DNA of 64,000 bases from Callorhinchus milii (lineage: Eukaryota): contig NW_024704743.1 of assembly GCF_018977255.1 (NCBI RefSeq), forward strand, positions 32,986,001-33,050,000, in the 5' to 3' direction. How positions within the stretch are numbered: position 1 is the first letter of the stretch; every line of letters starts with the position of its first letter. Positions 1 through 13,770 of this stretch are shown one piece after another. Below the pieces are notes generated by a model that searched no databases, was not told where the DNA came from, and saw only the letters and a program-made list of their open reading frames with translations. The position numbers were made by a program, and so were the translations under genes.

Positions 1-670
1 TGCTGAACCATCCTGGCCTCTCTCTCTAACCCATTGAAGTGGTGCACAACCTTGGTGTTTTGACTGACCTTCAGTTCTCCTTTCTCCTTCACATCAGAAA
101 AGTGATCCAAGACCGCTTTTCTGCATCTTTGCCATATTGCCCACCTCATTCTTCATCTCGCCTCCAATGCTGCCAGAACTCTCATTCGTGTCTTCTTCAC
201 TTCCAGGTTGGACTTATCTAAAGGCCTCTTTCCCGGCTTCAGCTTATCCAAAGTTCTGCAACCTGCATTCTCACTCACACAAAATTGCACATACCCACCA
301 TCTTATCCTAGCTCGGCTCCTCTATGTCCCAGTGAATCAAACTTAAGATGCTCACCATCACCTGCAAATCCCTTTATGCCCTCGGGTCTTCTGCAGTCTC
401 AAGCTTCTGCTCACCCTCTCTGCTCAGAAAACGTGGACTTACTGCACAAGCCCCCACCCCAGGATCAGTGAGTGAGCTTTCAGTCATTATGGCTGCACTC
501 TCTACCTCAACCCTTTTGTCTCACCACCTTTCTTCAAAAGCTGCCTAAAAACCTACCTCTTCAACCGTGCCTAAGGTCACCTCCCCCTCTCTCCCCTCCC
601 TCCGCAATGACCTCCTCAAAAGCGCTCCAAGAAATTCCTGTACGTGAAGGACGCTATATAAATGTATGTT
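1..670 (+). mobile_element. Degenerate L2-clade LINE 3' fragment
   Basis: Similar to the other L2 copies in the window; ends in agcgctcc...gtgaaggacgctatataaatg. Confidence 0.75.
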
Positions 671-830
671 AATTTTGCCATTGTTCCGTCTTATTTCAAA
701 ATCAACCTTTGAAAGACAAAATGCATTTCTGATAGAACAACATTTCTCCAAATGCACTGACTGTAAGCCTGTAAAAGAATCGGAATCGCTGCTAGCTGTA
801 TGTGGAATAAAGTTATACTTTATGACCTAC

Positions 831-980
831 CATGCAGGTATCCAGTTCCTCCAGCCGCTCCAGCTCCGTCAGCTCTTCCGCAGTAACTGTCGCTCGCTTT
901 GTAGGCTTCTCCTCCAATACCTCGATTTCAATGGACTCCTGCTGTGGTAATGGCTTTCCACGCTTTGTCAGATGGTCAGC
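831..980 (-). CDS. CARMIL1: CARMIL1 exon: [50 protein letters not shown]
   Basis: ctcaatag acceptor, gtagg donor, 150 nt, phase 0/0. Confidence 0.95.
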
Positions 981-1869
981 CTATTGAGGGAAATGTGAGC
1001 AAAGGTGCGTCAAAGAACAATGGCAAACCAAACCATCTCTTTTAGTTGACTCTGTTCTGGTTGGGTCAGTCCATATGTTGTGCAGTCAATAATTACACGA
1101 GTCACCAACAGCCACAGTAACGCTTTTGTGTCATTTCGATGTGCTTTATCAAGAAGCCCCATGAAAGACCACCTTATTATTATTGCCACACACAGGAGCG
1201 AGATAATGGAGCACTGGCAAGAAAAGAGCACAGCAGGGAGCAAAGAAACATTTTCAAAGGTAATGGTGCAAGGGACAATTTTATTCCTTCAGGTAGTTCT
1301 ATGCACAATACTTAAATAATCATTATTTGTACTCACAAAGCCAAACTTGCAATTTAATTAGATAGCATTTGCTACACAAATGCTAATGATCTGTATCTAT
1401 TGGGAATCAATTGATCCCTGAGGGAACGTTTTCTCTAAAAGTTCTTAATGAAGCAATTATGATTTATAAAGGCAATATTTTGGAAGTCCATTATCCTTAC
1501 CCCAATCACCAAGAAAATGAATGAAAATTGCAGCTTTCAGGATATTGCAATTATAATTGCTACTTTTTCAAGAAACAAACAAAAGTGCAGCTATTGTGTT
1601 TAGCAATCTGGAGCATTAAACCACCTTTCTAAACCTGCCAATTTAGTTTTTCTCCCCTGAAAGCTACTACAGAAGCACTCAAATTGGTTCACCAGCAAAT
1701 GAAAATGAGTTGATTTTTTTTCTGTAGGGAACAAGTAGCAGGGTTGAGTGGCAACTTGAAAATAAGACTGTCAAGTTTGTTTGGACCATTTCCCATTGGG
1801 AGTCTTGGATCAATTTTTCCAACACTTTTGAAATTTGACCTTTGATCAACAGCCAGTCCATTGCGTGCA

Positions 1870-1893
1870 TGGTGGTGGTGGTGGTGGTGGTGA
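1870..1893. repeat. (TGG)n microsatellite
   Basis: Directly visible. Confidence 0.9.
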
Positions 1894-4228
1894 TGGGGGC
1901 GGGGGAAGAAGAGTTCATATTGAGATAGATATCACAAGGGCACAAACTGGATATTTGGATTAGGGCTGACTACTTCCTCCTAAACCCAACACCTGCAGGA
2001 TGTTTTCTCCCTTCAGACCAGACAGAGTTCAAACGACAAACAATTATTTTTAAAACTCAACGAGATCACTTTATTCCAAATTTTTGAATTTATTCTGAAT
2101 AGTAATCTTAATTTTCAAACGGGCACATTTAAGTAGAGTTGAATCTTTGCTACCGTGACCTGGAATAATTTTTTGGGTTGGGGGTGGCGGGCGGATGGAA
2201 AAAATGACTGGTGGTGGGTGGGGAGATGGAAGGGAAGAGAAACAGGACATTGAAATTCAGATCTGCTTCAACATGTATAGTTTTAAAATTAAGGTCACAA
2301 TTTAAAATTAAAGGAATAAAAGTGCTGGTGACGGTCGCTATATTGTCTCTGAAATAACTTTGAATTTTGACCAGGCTGAAGGGTTTTGCCTGGTGACCTG
2401 GCCAACAATCCCCCAGATAAAAAAGTGATCATTCAAAAATCATGGCCGTTTGTGGGACATTGTGCATAACTTGATGTCATGTTCACCTACACAGCAATTG
2501 TGCCTTACAAATAATCAGTGAAGGGTTTAGAGACGTTTTGATGTGATAGACGCTATATCAAATGCAAAGATCATTATTACCACGAAAACCAATCTTAGGT
2601 TTTCAATAGACTGTAAACAGCATATTTAAATAAGTTTTTTTAATGGATGAAGTGCATTTCCTAGTATGCTTATTGTAATACAGTTCAAACAAATTTCCTT
2701 TTCATTGAAATATATGAACTGGAAAATCCTACAAATGCAAAGCCCATGACAACCAATACTTCTGAATGGTGGACATGGTTACCAATTTCAGATTGACAGT
2801 GAACATATGCATCTTTAGTTACGTGACTCGTCATCTGTCAAGTTAAGTGGGTAAGGAGTTGAAATGGTACACAGGAGTTCCTCCTGGAATTTTAGTTATA
2901 CTTGCTCAGTGTACAAAGAGCAGTGGACGCATATCCTTCTTCTCAGGTAATTTTCACTCACATACTCGTATTTCTTTTAGTCAGTCTGACACATGTGGAA
3001 ACCCATCACCATGCTTAAGAGTATCCAAACCAAACAGAGTTCTATGCATCCCACCTACATATGAAAATCCCAGAGATATTTTCACAGGTTCAGAAGCAAA
3101 AATGGCAAAACAATCATCAAATTGCAAACAAGATTGCTTTGTTTCTGGTTTTCTTTGTAAATCCATTGAGTTGGATTTGGAGTGAAGTACATCAAGTGTG
3201 AAGTGATCCCAGTAAATGAATTTCTCCACTGTTTGCTGCTTCCTTATTAACGCAACAAAGTAAAATTACTCCCAAACATTGACATTAGCATTATATTTAA
3301 ACATGAAGAAGAGAAACTGAATATTCAAGTGCTGCTATTACTGTATATCTTGAAAACGATGAGCTGTCCAATATATATTGTGTTGTTACACTATCCTCAT
3401 TACAAACAACTACAGTGGTTCGATCATGCACTGAATTATTAGTCATGCCTCAGCGCCACCCAGGGAATTACAAGCAGCAGAGCTATGTTGTGAATGCGCC
3501 AAAGATTACAGGAAAGGAGCAGCTTCCAGAGATGTTTTCATGAATAGGTGATGAACAGTCAGCAACCTTTAAGCCAGTTAACACAACAAGGGCAAAGCAG
3601 CATTTTTTTATGTATCAGGTTGACTATTAAGTGCTTTTTGGCATCTGCTTCTCTCACATGGCAGGAACATATTTTCATTCTTCCTCGAACAGCAGTACCA
3701 GTAATACTGATTACAATGCTGTATACGTTCACAAGTATGCATGCCGATACCTTTTTGTTACATGTGGTGGAGGTGGAAGGGGGTGCCAAGAAATTGTGAA
3801 ATTGCACCAAATAAACATATGCAGATGCTCGAATGTAGAAGATAATGATCTGCCGTGTTAATATAATGTTACTGCTGTGAACATTCTCACTGTATTACTT
3901 TTAACCAGCCACATTTCAAAGTTTACCCCATTGTTTCAAAGTATATCAAAAGCAAATGCGCTGAGCAAATGCTAAATGTTTAAAAACACGGTTTTAAAGA
4001 ACTTATTATGTTAATACCTGCATTAGATATAGTGCCTATCACATGGTCGAGACGTCTCAAAGCGCTTCACAAGGTACATATCAAGTGGTGTGACTGTGTA
4101 CTTTGTGGGGGAAACTTTCATTTTTAAAAGTGCCTTATGTCGAAACATCACCAAATGCTTCATATTTGCTGTTGAGTGCAGTGGCTTTTTTTCCCAAACA
4201 ACAAAAGAACAATTTTGTGTCCACTTAC

Positions 4229-4316
4229 CAGTGTGTGCTGTGAGGTTGAAAGTGCTTCTAGTATCTCATCCACAATATGGTCAGACAGATATGACGCCAC
4301 AGTCAGCTTCACCTCA
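4229..4316 (-). CDS. CARMIL1: CARMIL1 exon: EVKLTVASYLSDHIVDEILEALSTSQHTL
   Basis: gatacag acceptor, gtaagt donor, 88 nt, phase 2/0. Confidence 0.95.
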
Positions 4317-4690
4317 CTGTATCAGAAATGGAGAAAAATAATGAATCATTACAACTTACTGTCCATTTTTCAGCACACATCCTGAAAAATAGTTTCTGGG
4401 TCCAATGAATGCAAGTCACAGTTACATTATCCATAAATTCCAGTGTATAGATCACATTCACATAACGTTACATCTGAATGTTGGTGGGTGGGAGAAGAGA
4501 AGAAACCAATGAACATTTATAATCATGATGGTTTAGCGGCCAATAGAGTTCATGAAGAAATCCCTCATGCAGTTCTTTGCAGTTCATTCATCGCCTTAGG
4601 ACATTCTCTGACGCGAAAACTGCTGTATAAATGCGATTTGTGGTTGTTTGTTAAAACACCTTTTGGAAGTCTTGGTATACCACATCATTT

Positions 4691-5003
4691 AATAATAATA
4701 ATCCTTGCATTTGATATAGCGCTTTTCACGTCGGGAGGACGTCCCAAAGCGCTTCACAGACACACTGTAAAGTGAATTGACTGTATATTTGTGGGTGAAC
4801 GCGGCAGCCAATTGCGCACAGCAATGTCCCACAAACAGTCGTAGATTAAAAATGACCAATTTATTATTGTTTTTGGTTTTTGGAGGGATTATTATTAGGT
4901 GTGTGGAGTAAGGAAACTTGCCCAAGGTTTCGCCCTGCCTGGAATTGAACTCAGGTCTCTCACTTGCAAAGCGAGTGCTCTAACCACTGAGCTACAGGAC
5001 TCC
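4691..5003 (-). mobile_element. Full-length tRNA-derived SINE (short form) with L2-like tail
   Basis: A box TAGCTCAGTGG, B-box-like GAGTTCAATTCC, body gctgtgcgcaattggctgcc, (ATT)n tail. Confidence 0.9.
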
Positions 5004-5240
5004 ATGCTAGTATGGCTTTCTCAACCTGTTTTCAGCAAGATTGCTGGTTTAATATCAAATTAAAAGCAACCTTTGTATGAGCACCTGGGATACAAATAGA
5101 TTGATTTCACTTGGTATCCTTAGAGCCACCCGAGAGGGAATCCATTACTTCCATCAGGCTGAGATCCAAATACCAGAAATGAAAGCAATGTGGCTGAAGA
5201 ATGATGCCAGCCATTTCCTACAAATGGCTGGCATCGTTGT

Positions 5241-5530
5241 GGAGTTCTGTAGCTCAGTGGTTACAGCACTCGCCTCACAGGCGTGAGACCTGGGTTCGAT
5301 TCCCGGCAGGGTGAAATCTTGGGCAAGTTTCCTTACTCCACACGCCTGATAATAATCCCTCATGGAAAAAACAATAATAAATTGGTAGGTTCAATCCACG
5401 ACTGCTGTGCGCAATTGGCTGCCGCGTTTCGCCCACAAATATACAGTCAGTTCACTTTACAGTATATTCTGTGAAGCGCTTTGAGACGTCTAGAAGATGA
5501 GAAAAACGCTATATCAAATGCAAGGCTTAC
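5241..5530 (+). mobile_element. Full-length tRNA-derived SINE (short form)
   Basis: TAGCTCAGTGG A box and GGTTCGATTCC B box; same body and tail. Confidence 0.9.
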
Positions 5531-6812
5531 TTTACAATAGCTTGCTGGTTCTGCATTACCTCTTCCAACATCTGGGACAGCACTTTATATGAACCACCAA
5601 CCACCAGCAAAAGAACTACCACAAGTTAACACGCATGTCAAGATTTCCTTTGAACAAAACAAATTGCATCTCGCATATTCTATGCAACTTCGCATGAATA
5701 TTTTATGAATGAACTACATAATCAACACACCAGTGATACATTAAGTAGACCTGCACAGGAGGTGCAGTGTGATGCAACAACAACAGTTGGGGAGGGCGAG
5801 TGTGGATGCACTTTCCCATGTCACTAAAATCCCAATTGGCAAATTCAGCCTGGTGCTTCCCCAGGGGCAACAGAAAAACAAAACATGAATATGAATGAGC
5901 TTCCTTCAGGCTCAGGGCTAATATATTTACAATGTTTAAAAATTAGCATTCTAACAACTGGCACATTTTTTTGTCACCAAAGGTCACAGTCGAACATCCC
6001 AGCAGTTTAACATTTAATGGGTATTCCATCGTCCTTGTCATCAATATTGCTTTGATTAGAATTGGATTTGCTCCAGTCAGTTTAAGACACTGGCAAAAAA
6101 AACATTGGTGAAAGAAAACACCTGCAGTCTGTGCCTGTCAATAAAATTAACAAGTCACTCGCACTGAACCCATGGTGGAAGCTACTTAGCTAGCCGTAAC
6201 TTTTAAGAAGAGCCCGCTTCCAAATTAAGACTGGAATTAAGAATATCGACAAGCTTACACAATTTAAAAGTTTAAGCAAAATGGTCCTAAGGCTAGGTGA
6301 ATTTCAGGCCTCAAGTTACATTATTTAAATAAATAACTTAATTCATTTCCCTGAACAGGCAATGCAACTCAGAGCGTACTTCTATTGTAATGAAATTGTA
6401 ATAACATGTCCCAACTTTCAGTTTGTGATAAGGTTTCTTAAGTGTCAAATGCAAAGATTATTATTACTCAGATTTGTGAAAGGCGACATCCTCCCCCTGT
6501 ACTCTTAACACCGACAACATCCTGAATGGGTATTTCATAGAGATTTAGCAGAATCATGTTTCGCAGAATCAGGTTTATTAAAAAGAATTGTCAGTTGAAA
6601 GCCGCAAACTGAAATACAAAAAAAAACTTGGCTTCAGCAGGTGCCAATGTCATCAGGGTAATGGGCTCCCTCCTGGTAAATTCAATTTGAATCTTAAAGA
6701 ATCTATTACTTTAAATCATGCAATTAGAAGCCAATACAACTTACAAATTACTTACAACCCACGGCTGACATCACTAACCAATGTACAGGGCATCAGCTAT
6801 GTAGTTCTGTAC

Positions 6813-6988
6813 CTAATTTTGTTGAGAATGTCAATCCCCGATTGCTCAAGTAAAACATTCTTGACGAAGGTGCGAGGAATGGAAACCTTCTCATTGCTGG
6901 CCTCGATTAGATTCTGCCGCATGTTGCTTTTCTTCATCACGTGAGGACACAGGCCCTCAGCTACATCCACCATGGACTCCAGCATCGT
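6813..6988 (-). CDS. CARMIL1: CARMIL1 exon (HD domain): [58 protein letters not shown](S)
   Basis: ttgtcag acceptor, gtacag donor, 176 nt, phase 0/2. Confidence 0.95.
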
Positions 6989-7419
6989 CTGACAAACAAA
7001 CACAAATGCTTGAAGTGAGGATGAGTGTACATGCCTGATTTAGTGATACTAATGGACAAAGATGGTAGAATCTTCCTGTATTATACAGGAGCTGGAACAA
7101 ACAAGAAGGATAATTTACTTTAAAATGTGGTTAGAAGAATGCCATTAGCAAGAGTAAATCGAGTCTGTAGATAATTTGGGAAGGTTTTTTGGGCAGAAGA
7201 ACATTTTACTGAAAAGGATGATTTGGACATAACTAGATGGGGAACTAAACTGTTGGCATAAGACACAGCAATTGGGATTCATCTGAATTGAATCTGGAAG
7301 GTGAGGGGAATGCTCTGGAATGAGCAGAGGTCTGTGGATAAGATGAGATGGGAAAAGTTGGGAGTTCAGGGGGAAGGGGGAGAAGAGAATAGACCAAAAT
7401 TAAAGTAACCAATTAATGA

Positions 7420-7530
7420 AAATAATAATAATAATCCTTGCATTTGATATAGCGCTTTTCACGTCTTCTAGACGTCTCAAAGCGCTTCACAGAATATACT
7501 GTAAAGTGAATTGACTGTATATTTGTGGGC
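7420..7530 (-). mobile_element. 5'-truncated SINE
   Basis: Consensus 3' end of the same family. Confidence 0.85.
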
Positions 7531-8007
7531 AAAATCATAACTAAAGATCCTGGTTTTGCATAGACTGTACAACATGGCCATTCAGACATTCGGTCCAACC
7601 AGGATATATCAGTGTTTATACTCCACACGAATCAAGGAAAGACTTAAGCCAGCAGGATCAGATGATCAGTTAAAGAAGTTAATGGGGGCAGAGGAATGGG
7701 GAAGGTGGGCCAATATTGTACATCTTTACAGTATATATCCATCACATACACAAATTCTGGAAGCACATAAGATTTCAAAATAAAATGGTTGAACTGGAGG
7801 CATTGTTAAATACGATATCATAGGAATGACAGACGTGGCTGAGCTGCAAGGCAATGTTTGTTTCTGGGCGAATGTCCATTTCCATCCTTGCACTGTAAAA
7901 AGTCTCCGCTGGCTGCCCTACTGTGACAACAGAGGTTGGATGAGGCTTAAGGAGAGTCTTCCTTGGCTGTGCTAAGCTGAACTCTCAACAGTTTTCACTT
8001 TTCATTG

Positions 8008-9995
8008 CAACAACAACAACAAAATTACATTTCTACAGCACCTTTCAGGTCGGGAGGATGTCCAAAGGCGCTGGACAGACATGGTTATGGACCTGAGCTG
8101 AGGGTTGGGGTGGGGGAGGGTGGAGAGCAGGGAGATCGAAAGCACGGTTGAGAGGTGGGTCTTGAGGTGGGTCTTGAAGGTGGCGAGGGAGGGGGTGAGA
8201 TGGAGGGACTGCGGGATGGAGTTCCAGAGGGTGGAGGCAGAGCCCGCCGATAGTGGGGCGAGCAAAGTGGGGGAATGTGAAGCAGGCCAGAGCCCGATGA
8301 GCAGAGGGAGCGAACAGGGTGGTAGGGGGTTAGGAGGTTGGAGAGGTAGGGGGGTGCAAGACCATGGAGGGCTTTGAAGGTAAGGACCAGGATCTTGAAC
8401 TGTATCCTCTGTGTAATCGGAAGCCAGGGGAGTTGGGCAAGGATGGGGGTGATAGGGTCACGGAGCCTAGTGCGGGAGAGGACACGGGCTGCAGAGCTCT
8501 GGATGATCTGCAGCCTGTGGAGGGAGGAGTTGGGGAGCCGACAAGCAATGAGCTTGCATAGTCGAGCCTCGATGTAATGAAGGTGTGTATGAGGGTTTCG
8601 GCAAGCTGCGGTATGAGACAGTGTTGGAGCCGGTTGACGTTGCTGAGGTGGAGGAAGGCAAAGTGGGTCATGGCGCAGATGTGGGGTAGAAAGGATAGTT
8701 GAGGGCCAAACAAGACCCCAAGGTTCTGGACTGGCTTAGTAAGGTGGAGTGTGCAACCATGGATGGTGATGCTGTCAGCGCCTGAGGTGAGGAGGCGCTG
8801 ACGAGAGCCAATCAGGAGAGCCTCGGTCTTGTTGACGTTCAACTGAAGAAAGTTGGCTCTCATTCAGGACTTGATGTCTGACAGACATTCTGTCAGGATA
8901 GCAGTGGTCCTGGAGTCAAGGGTGGAGGCAGAGAGGTAGAGTTGGTTGTTATCTGCATACATGTGGAAATTGACCCCATGTCTGCGGATGATGTCACCAA
9001 GAGGGAGCATATAGATATTGAAGAGGAGGGGAACAATGACAGACCCTGAGGATCGCCGCACAAGACCATCTAGGGGCTAGAGGAGAGCTGTATGAGGAGA
9101 TGAAGTGCAGGTGGTGTGAGAGGTATGATCTGAAACAATCAAGGATAGCACCGTGGAGGTTGAGGTGAGAGGAGAGGCGATGGACGAGGATAGAATGGTC
9201 AAAGGTGTCGAAAGCAGCAGAGAGGTCAAGGAGGACGAGGAGGCAGAGGGAGCCCTGGTCGCAGATGGACAGAATGTCATTTGTCACTTTGACCAGGGCT
9301 GTTTCTGTGCTGTGGGCGGCATGGAAACCCGATTGGAGGTGTTCGAGAAGGGAGTGGCGGGAGAGGAAGGAATGAAACTGAGAATCAACAACTTGTTCCA
9401 GGACCTTGGAGAGGAAGGGGAGGTTGGAGATGGGGCAGTAGTTAGGGAGTAGAGAAGGGTCCAGGGAGAGCTTTTTAAGGATAGGAGGGATGACAGCGTT
9501 TTTTAATGGGATGGGAACAGTACCGGAGGACAGGGAGAGGTTTACGATGTCAGTGTGTAGAGGGGCAAGGAGGTGAAGCTGGGAGGTAAGGAGCGGGGGT
9601 AGGGAAGTGGTCGAGGGAGCAGGTGGTGGGTTTCATACGGGTTATGGCGGTGATGAGAGGGGGAGACAGGTTCAAAAGTGTGGAGGGAGAGGTGGATAGG
9701 GGCTGGGGAAGGAGGCGGAGATGGGGAGGGGGTGGCAGTTGCAGTGGCAGAGGCAGCTGAGCGGATTCCCTCGACTTTGGATTCAAGGAAGTCCAGCGTC
9801 GCCTCGCAGTTGGCATTTGAGGTGAGGATGGGTGAGGCCTGAGAGGGTGGGCGGAGGAGCTGGTTCGTGATGGAGAAGAGGAGCCTGGGGTTGTCCTTAG
9901 CCTCCAAGATTGTCTTGGAGTAGAACGAAAATTTAGCGGAGGTGAGGGCGGAGCGGTAGGATTTGACATGGTCCAGCCAAATCTGCCGATGGACA
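8008..9995 (-). mobile_element. L2-clade LINE, about 2 kb, 5'-truncated, frameshifted ORF2 (RT)
   Basis: ORF pieces carry LLVLLDLSAAFDT, PLLFNIYMLPLGDII, HMYADNNQLY (YADD mutated) and FLQLNVNKTE; (TTG)n tail. Confidence 0.92.
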
Positions 9996-11094
9996 GTTAA
10001 GTTAGGACAGTTAGGATATTGCAAGCTGTTCAGCAGCATTCTTCACTCAACAATTCACTTTCATCCTTACAATGATGTAAATGAAATTTAGTCTGTGTTT
10101 ACAACTGCAGGCAGGGAAGTTACCCTGCTCTGGACAGTACAGGGATAATAGAGCAGAGAAGGTAAATCATAAAAGTATTTCTCGCTCTGCTTCACTACAA
10201 TTGTGGATAAAACACAAAGTAACAAGACGGAGTGTGTTGAATAGAGTTCTGGGCGGCAAATTCAACTCATGTTTATATCCGGGTACATCAGCACAGAATC
10301 TCCAGTGTCGCACTCTGTTTGACTCTCCTGACCGTATGTTCAGTGTTGAACAATGACAAAATTGTGTTGATTTGTCTCCTAACATGAAAGATAAACAGCG
10401 TAAGAGCCTCCTCAATAAACATCAAGCCTGCTGTTAATACCTCTGAAAGCAATCCGATTCATCTGTTCCCCTGAAATATTTCAAATAAACAATAGCCTCC
10501 CGTTCTACGTGCTTGACGAACGCAGCATGTGCAATCTGATAGCACTCACGACATCTGAAAAAATACACATTTAAAAACAATTGCGGGGATGCAGTTCGAT
10601 GAACCTAAAGGCTTTTGAGTATCTGTGACGCCTGCCTCTAAGGCAGCAAGCTTCAGGGCAATATTTCTGCTTCTCACAGGAGAAATTTTCAATCAGCACA
10701 CGTTTTCAGACAGCATGGTGCCTAAAATAATCAGCGACTGACAAAGGATTAGGAATTTCTCCAGCTCTTGGCAACTAATGACAACACTAAAGACTGTTTT
10801 ATTAACTATTCAGTGCCCATGTATGCTCTAATATCCTCTCTGCATTCTGTGCCTTGCAGTTACAATGGGTCAATTAATGGCTCCATTATTCTTAACAGCT
10901 ACACAAATAAAATAATGAGCTTTGAAGAACAATTAGCATAATTGTCCACTGCAGCAGGACTGTGCTGCAATGGGCAATCCTTGGAGTAAGGTCCCAAGAA
11001 ATGGTGCAATCCTCCTTGGCTCCTATCAATGTCTTCTCTCACCTGTGGCTCCAACTTCCTTAACCTCCATGGCTGATCCTTTAGACTCAGTGAA

Positions 11095-11750
11095 GTTTTG
11101 TGCAACCTCGGTTTGAGTGTCAGGTGCGAGTGTCAGGTTCGATCCACAGATATCCTTCCTACCTCATATCTGGTTCCTGACCGGGGGCCGCTTTCCTCCA
11201 CATTGCCTGCTTCCAACCATACCTTGAATGCAACTCAAACCCTTATTCACATACTCATCACCTCCTACCTCGAGTTTTCCAATGCCCTCCTCACCGGTCT
11301 CCTCAGCTCCATCACCCATAAAATACAACTCATCCAAAATTCTACCATTCGTAGTCTCACCCATAGCAGGCTCTGTACCCTCATCACCCCGATCTTCCTA
11401 TTGCAGAACAGATCAATTTCAAGATCCTCACACCTACTTACAAGTCACTTCACGCCCAGCATTTCCGTACCTCTGCAACCCACTCCACTACCCACCATGT
11501 TTGCTCAGCTCCCTCTGGCCTACATGTCCCTGGTCTCTTCCACTCCATCATCAGAGGCTCTGCTTTCAGCTCCTACAGCCTGAAACTTTGAAACTCACTG
11601 CCTTCATATTGCCTCCAGATCATCTGAAGATCTTCCTCTTTGACCTATGGTCACCTCCCATCTCTCCCTGGTTCGGAGTCAAGCTCCTTCACTGTTAAGT
11701 GCTCCGAGACACTATCCTGCATGAAGGATGCTATCTAAATACAAGTTGTG
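11095..11750 (+). mobile_element. Degenerate L2 LINE 3' fragment
   Basis: TLIHILITSYLEFSNALL...IQLIQN motif; L2-type tail. Confidence 0.8.
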
Positions 11751-13314
11751 TGTTGCTCTGCTGCTCCAAGTCAGCTTCATTATAGAAGTTGGAAGTTCTA
11801 TGCCCAACTATTTCATTATGGTCAAAATAAAATACCAAAATAATTGTTTTCCCTCAAATTAACTCCATTGTACACGTAACTATTGATAAGGAACAGGCTC
11901 AATGGCTAAACAGCCCTTGCCTGTACCTATGATGCTTTTGCAACAAATTTGACAGAATAGCAAAGTTCGACAGAATGACACAAATATAGAGAAACAGGTA
12001 TGGCTGGCACATTGATGATACACTGAAAAGAGCAGGAGTTGGAATCATTAGAGTCATCTAATTTACTAAACTGTTCAAAGCACAGCAGCCACTGCTCCTG
12101 GTTGCTTTCTTCTGCTGAAGAATGAGACTGTCTCTACAGTTTTATACACTGGCTCTTGCTTGTTCGGAAAGAATCATTGGAATCATAGAATGTTCATTAC
12201 AGATAATCTTTCTTTTTAAAACAAATCAAAGCTGTGTTCTGCCTTAAATAGACTGCATGGAACCTGTCCAATTATTAACAAAGTTAGACTAGGTAGCCTT
12301 TCTTGTGTATAGACAAATACAGAACCAACCTTCCCTCACTACCAGTATTGGTCATTACAATTCATTTACATTTCTCAATACCTTCATTACTTTTTAAATT
12401 GACAAAATGTTCCACTTATCCCACGGCTGTGCTTCGCTCTCTTGTCTCGAGAATGAAGCTAGGAGGAGGTTCAATCATGCCAGAAGGAACGACAATTCAC
12501 TATTGTACAAATGAAATAGAGTTGCATTTTTTGCAAACGGCTTTACACTTTCATGAAATTGCAGGTTTCTCTGCCAACAAAATCAGGAATCAAACCCAGA
12601 CAGATAAACAAGTGGACAAAATGGAGACGATGGGAGAAATTGGAATGCTGGACACCAGGTCATAAACCTCATTAGCAATTTCTGGCAAGGTTTAAATGCT
12701 AATTAATAGTTCAAGTAAAACAGCATAGCTTTTGCTTAGCAACTCGTTTAAAGCAGAACCATATGATCAGAACAATTTTAACTTTTTCCAGATTTCTTGG
12801 TTCGTGAAGGAACCCAAGTTCCTGCAGCAAATTTTTAGAAATAAGATAAAGCACATTCATCTCCATCAAGTCTGCAGTCATCATAGCGTGTGTATCACCT
12901 CACACTATCTCTTCAGTAAGTTCTTCATAGGGACACCTTTAAGTCCCACCCTCATTTTCAGAATATTTAGTAATCCTTACTCTCGAACATTACAAACATT
13001 TGCCTCTCTTCACTCAGCACAGATACTACCATCCATTCAGACCTTCCCATGTTAATCTATCCTGCTGCTCCTTCTGTTATCAGTAATACTTGCAGATAGT
13101 TAGAACAAGGATAATCAAGGTCACAACATCTTTTTTGAAAGCAGATCTACACTGTTGAAATTCACTCAAATTTCATTCCATAGCTCACACAGAAAATACA
13201 CTGATTCTCAGAATGTTAACATCTGAAGTTGCATTTAAGGTGCTAGAGGCACATTTGGTAATGGGTAAAATCTCAAAAATACTCAACAGTCCTGCAGGGT
13301 AAATAATCCCAGTG

Positions 13315-13770
13315 TTAGCTTCACTCACTTGGTAGCAGCCTCGCTTCTGGCTCAGAAGATTATGAGTTCAAGCCCCATTTTGGGACATTGAGCTCACAGG
13401 CCAAGCTGACAATCCAGTTCATTATTGGAAATAATTACATTGTGTTTCTGCCCACAAAATATACAGTCAATTCACTTTACAGTATATTCTGTGAAGTGCT
13501 TTGAGACGTCTCAAAGATGTGATAAGGTGCTATATCAAATGCAAGGATTATTATTGTCGGAGGTGTCATCATTCAGATAAAACCCTGTCTGCCTGCTCAG
13601 AAGGAAATTAAAGATTCCACGATATTATTTGAAAAGAGAAAGTAGTTTGTCCCCATGCTACAACAAACTGGCTGCCGTTTTTACCTATAAATAGAGTCAG
13701 TATACTTGAAAGCAATTCCTTATAAAGTGGCTTTGAGATATTTCATTCAACACTAATAGGCGTAATATCA
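13315..13770 (+). mobile_element. Old Deu-type SINE interrupted by a young SINE fragment (about 13443-13556)
   Basis: Degenerate tRNA head and ccaagctgaca...ggaggtgtc body; young SINE 3' end inserted at attgt. Confidence 0.65.

Noticed and set aside
2847..3229. Overlapping ORFs (112 aa on +, 82 aa on -) as a nested gene
   Set aside because: No recognisable domain or splice context; part is explained by a short dispersed repeat.
3451..3467. CTCF-like motif cagcgccacccagggaa
   Set aside because: Partial match only; it cannot be distinguished from chance without PWM scoring or ChIP data.
5241..5315. tRNA-like sequence (Ala-like TGC loop in several copies)
   Set aside because: The acceptor stem does not pair and the sequence runs straight into a SINE body; these are SINE heads, not tRNA genes.
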